A DNA stretch of 62,768 bases, filler included, from Asterionella formosa (lineage: Eukaryota): assembly GCA_002256025.1 (NCBI GenBank). It is 17 parts of 17 records of this genome, joined end to end, with 100 filler letters (N's around TTAATTAATTAA, not from the genome) between each part and the next. Parts side by side here need not be neighbours in the genome. Positions count along the whole stretch, not along the records: positions 60,097 to 61,382 come from NKIB01003213.1; positions 61,483 to 62,768 come from NKIB01003214.1; 15 more parts are not named here. The stretch is one strand, 5' to 3'. The position numbers and the translations under genes are program-made. Shown here one piece after another: positions 60,218 to 62,768 of this stretch. Numbering within the stretch: position 1 is the first letter of the stretch; each line of letters opens with the position of its first letter. The notes beneath the pieces were generated by a model. It did not search any database. It was not told the DNA's origin and saw nothing but the letters and a program-made list of their open reading frames with translations.

Positions 60218-61739
60218 GATTTGTGATTTAGGTTAGAGCAGTTTGAATGGACTATGTTTTTGTTGTGAAGAGATGCGATCACAATGTAGATACCGGTTTT
60301 TTATAGCAAACAACATATAGTAATGTATTTATTATATCGACCGTCATAGAACGAAAATAAATGGAAGAGTACCGATATGTATTGGCTAATACCGGTGGGT
60401 TGTTGAAGGTAGGTAAGCACAACGCCAACAAGAATGGTACCAGGTACCAGTACCGGTAGCATCGCTCAACAAAATGAGAAGAGGCAAAAACTCACCCATT
60501 ATATTATTATACTTCTTCTTATTATATATATATACCGTTATGTAGGCAGAACACGGCATTATAATTTCATGGAACAATTATGTACGGTGTAAAAATGTAC
60601 CTGGTAGCAGTACCAGGTACCTAGTACCTGCTATCGTACTCTAAGTACTCCTGCTTCTACTGTGACATCATGATAAAATATTTAGTCGAACAAGTCCTTC
60701 CGCCCTGCAAAAAATGATCTGAAGCAAAGTCGAGCGACGCCAGAAATTCAATTTGAATGATAGTATTGAGGCATGAGGATCAGCAATGATCAGTATACAG
60801 TCGCAACGGAATATCAATGATGTATGCCCCATTTGGAGGGCATTTTAATCACGGACCCTGAAAAACATGTGCCTCATCTTGCATTGTCGGAATCGACTCC
60901 CGTCGTTTACGTAAATATGCAGCGGGCTACCCGGTAATGATCTATATACTTTCAAACGACGACAGGAGCAACATGATTGTTTTTGTGGTCAAGAAAACCA
61001 TAGCTAACGAAGAAAAATAGTTGTCAATCTCTCAACATCTTGTTGGGCGCCCGCGAAAAGAAATTGCTGTCGCAAGATAATTACTTGGGCTGCGTTGGGA
61101 AACACCGGTAGCTGGCTATCTCACGTTACAACAAGACCATACCATTACATTGAGATAAGGATAGGGAGAAAATTCTATAAACGTCCTTTTTGAGTGTTTG
61201 TGAAGTGGTCAAATCTCCTCCTTCCGCCGACTTTTCCCCTCCCAAATATACTTGAATGCATATATCATATATGCATTACCAGGTACCGGAATATTTGTTG
61301 TCCTACTTGGTTGTGACACAGCAGTGCGCTCTCTTGACTTGGAGGATACCTTGGACTTTACCGACGAGTCGTTCTAGCAGGCNNNNNNNNNNNNNNNNNN
61401 NNNNNNNNNNNNNNNNNNNNNNNNNNTTAATTAATTAANNNNNNNNNNNNNNNNNNNNNNNNNNNNNNNNNNNNNNNNNNNNAGCGACCCAACGTTTCTC
61501 TCTCTACTCAGCTCAATGTATATTGTTCCTGTCTCGCCAATTTCTTCCTCTTTTCTGAATCGTGTGCGAGACAGTGCCTTACTGATGCTGCGTCTATTTC
61601 CCTGCTGTAAGTGTCATTTTGAACTTGCCGACTATTCCGTTGTTTGATTGTTTTTATTTTCCTATGCATGCAGTTACAGTAACAATGAGAAGGAATGATT
61701 TGTTAGCTAGTCATGTTACATTGACACAAGAACACGCAA

Positions 61740-62060
61740 TTCCATTGTATCCTCTTGCTTCACTTACCACAAATCAATGCAACTGATGCATAAGTCTGTA
61801 ATAGTAACTTGTCAGTAAATTTTTGAATAAGTAAGTTTCGGGTAGTATCCAATGTTGTCGAATAAAACTTACCGGTTCATTTTTGTCAGCTTAACTTTGA
61901 GAGAAGGTAAACGTTTTGTCAGTTTTGTTCTCCCAACAGAAGTGAATAGGTCCAACGAGCGACAAAAGCACTTACGCAATTTGGTTTTGTTTTACATTGG
62001 TGCTCCCCAACAAGCGAAACGAGCAGTTGAATCAACTGAGAAAAAAGGAGATGTGCGTTT
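61740..62060 (-). repeat. Decayed dispersed repeat homologous to about 29330-29640
   Basis: Shared ttccatt.tatc...ttaccacaaatcaa...ctgtaa and (minus strand) ttctca...ttcaac.gct..ttt. Confidence 0.5.
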
Positions 62061-62768
62061 AGTTAACAATTTGTTGTTGTCCTGCCTCCCAACGATTGTC
62101 ATCCAAAACCCACATTGATGGCTTCATTACCTTAAACATTCTCCATCCTTCGAAGGCGCAATGTGTCGAAGCCACAATGTTTTTCGTTATGTATTGCGTA
62201 AAATTTCTTTTCTTGTCATGTGCTTTACTACAATGTATCTTTTCATGAAGCAGCAGGCATTGTTTGTTAACGTGACAGAACGATTTCAAAAATATATATG
62301 CCATGAATATAGTAATAAAATTTGTAAATATATATATATATGAAGTGTTATACATTCATAAAATTCAAAGGCGCCCTCGATATGGAACATCTGATATGGT
62401 TGAGATGATCATACTTGCATATACATAATTCGAAAATACTCAATGCACTATATGTCCATTGTATTCCACGACTACTTGTACCGGTATTATTTCTGAAATT
62501 TGTTTGCATCGATATTTTCTATGTCCGTTGAAACTAATTATTTAGACCATTCAATTGGTGTAAGTCATATCCGCAAGGGTTTTGGTAGCAAATTGTTTAA
62601 GCACCTTTTTTGGGCGGGAGCTGTTCATGTGTACCAGTACATCATATGACAATAACAATATATCATATATATATACAGAGTACCAGTAGCAGGTAGTAAG
62701 TGATATACTGGGGGTAGTCGGAGTAGTAAACTAGCAACAGAACACCATATGTTCAGGACTGTTGCTAC

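Overview
This is eukaryotic nuclear DNA, almost certainly from a diatom: short GT-AG introns, an ASAFAP-like plastid presequence, a VDE gene and CoDi-type copia remnants. It is not one locus. Seventeen contigs (two of 20,927 bp, fifteen of 1,286-1,289 bp) are joined by artificial 100-bp N44-TTAATTAATTAA-N44 linkers, so adjacency across a linker means nothing. Contig 1 (1-20927) holds a copia 3' end, a secreted His/Met/Gly/Asn repeat protein, an ABCB half-transporter, a VTI1-like SNARE, a plastid RseP-like protease, a PhnP-like hydrolase, an SQD2-like glycosyltransferase, a heme-peroxidase pseudogene, a two-domain methyltransferase and a BRO1 protein. Contig 4 (23806-44732) holds a GDPD-like protein, a CDPK, a NAK-like pseudokinase, a 4-TM Cys-rich protein, an SGNH/TBL-like protein and decayed transposons. 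The small contigs carry pieces of copia, a HECT E3 ligase, VDE, ThrRS and a 306-bp coding tandem array. The most striking unexplained signals are (i) a dispersed palindromic ACC(W)GGT/GGTACC motif that fills intergenic DNA and seems to be inserted into decaying sequence, (ii) the 306-bp array in which alternate units carry an in-frame TAA, (iii) the His/Met-rich secreted repeat protein and (iv) a GC-rich structured element with a tRNA T-arm-like hairpin. All calls come from motif recognition by eye; no database searches were run.
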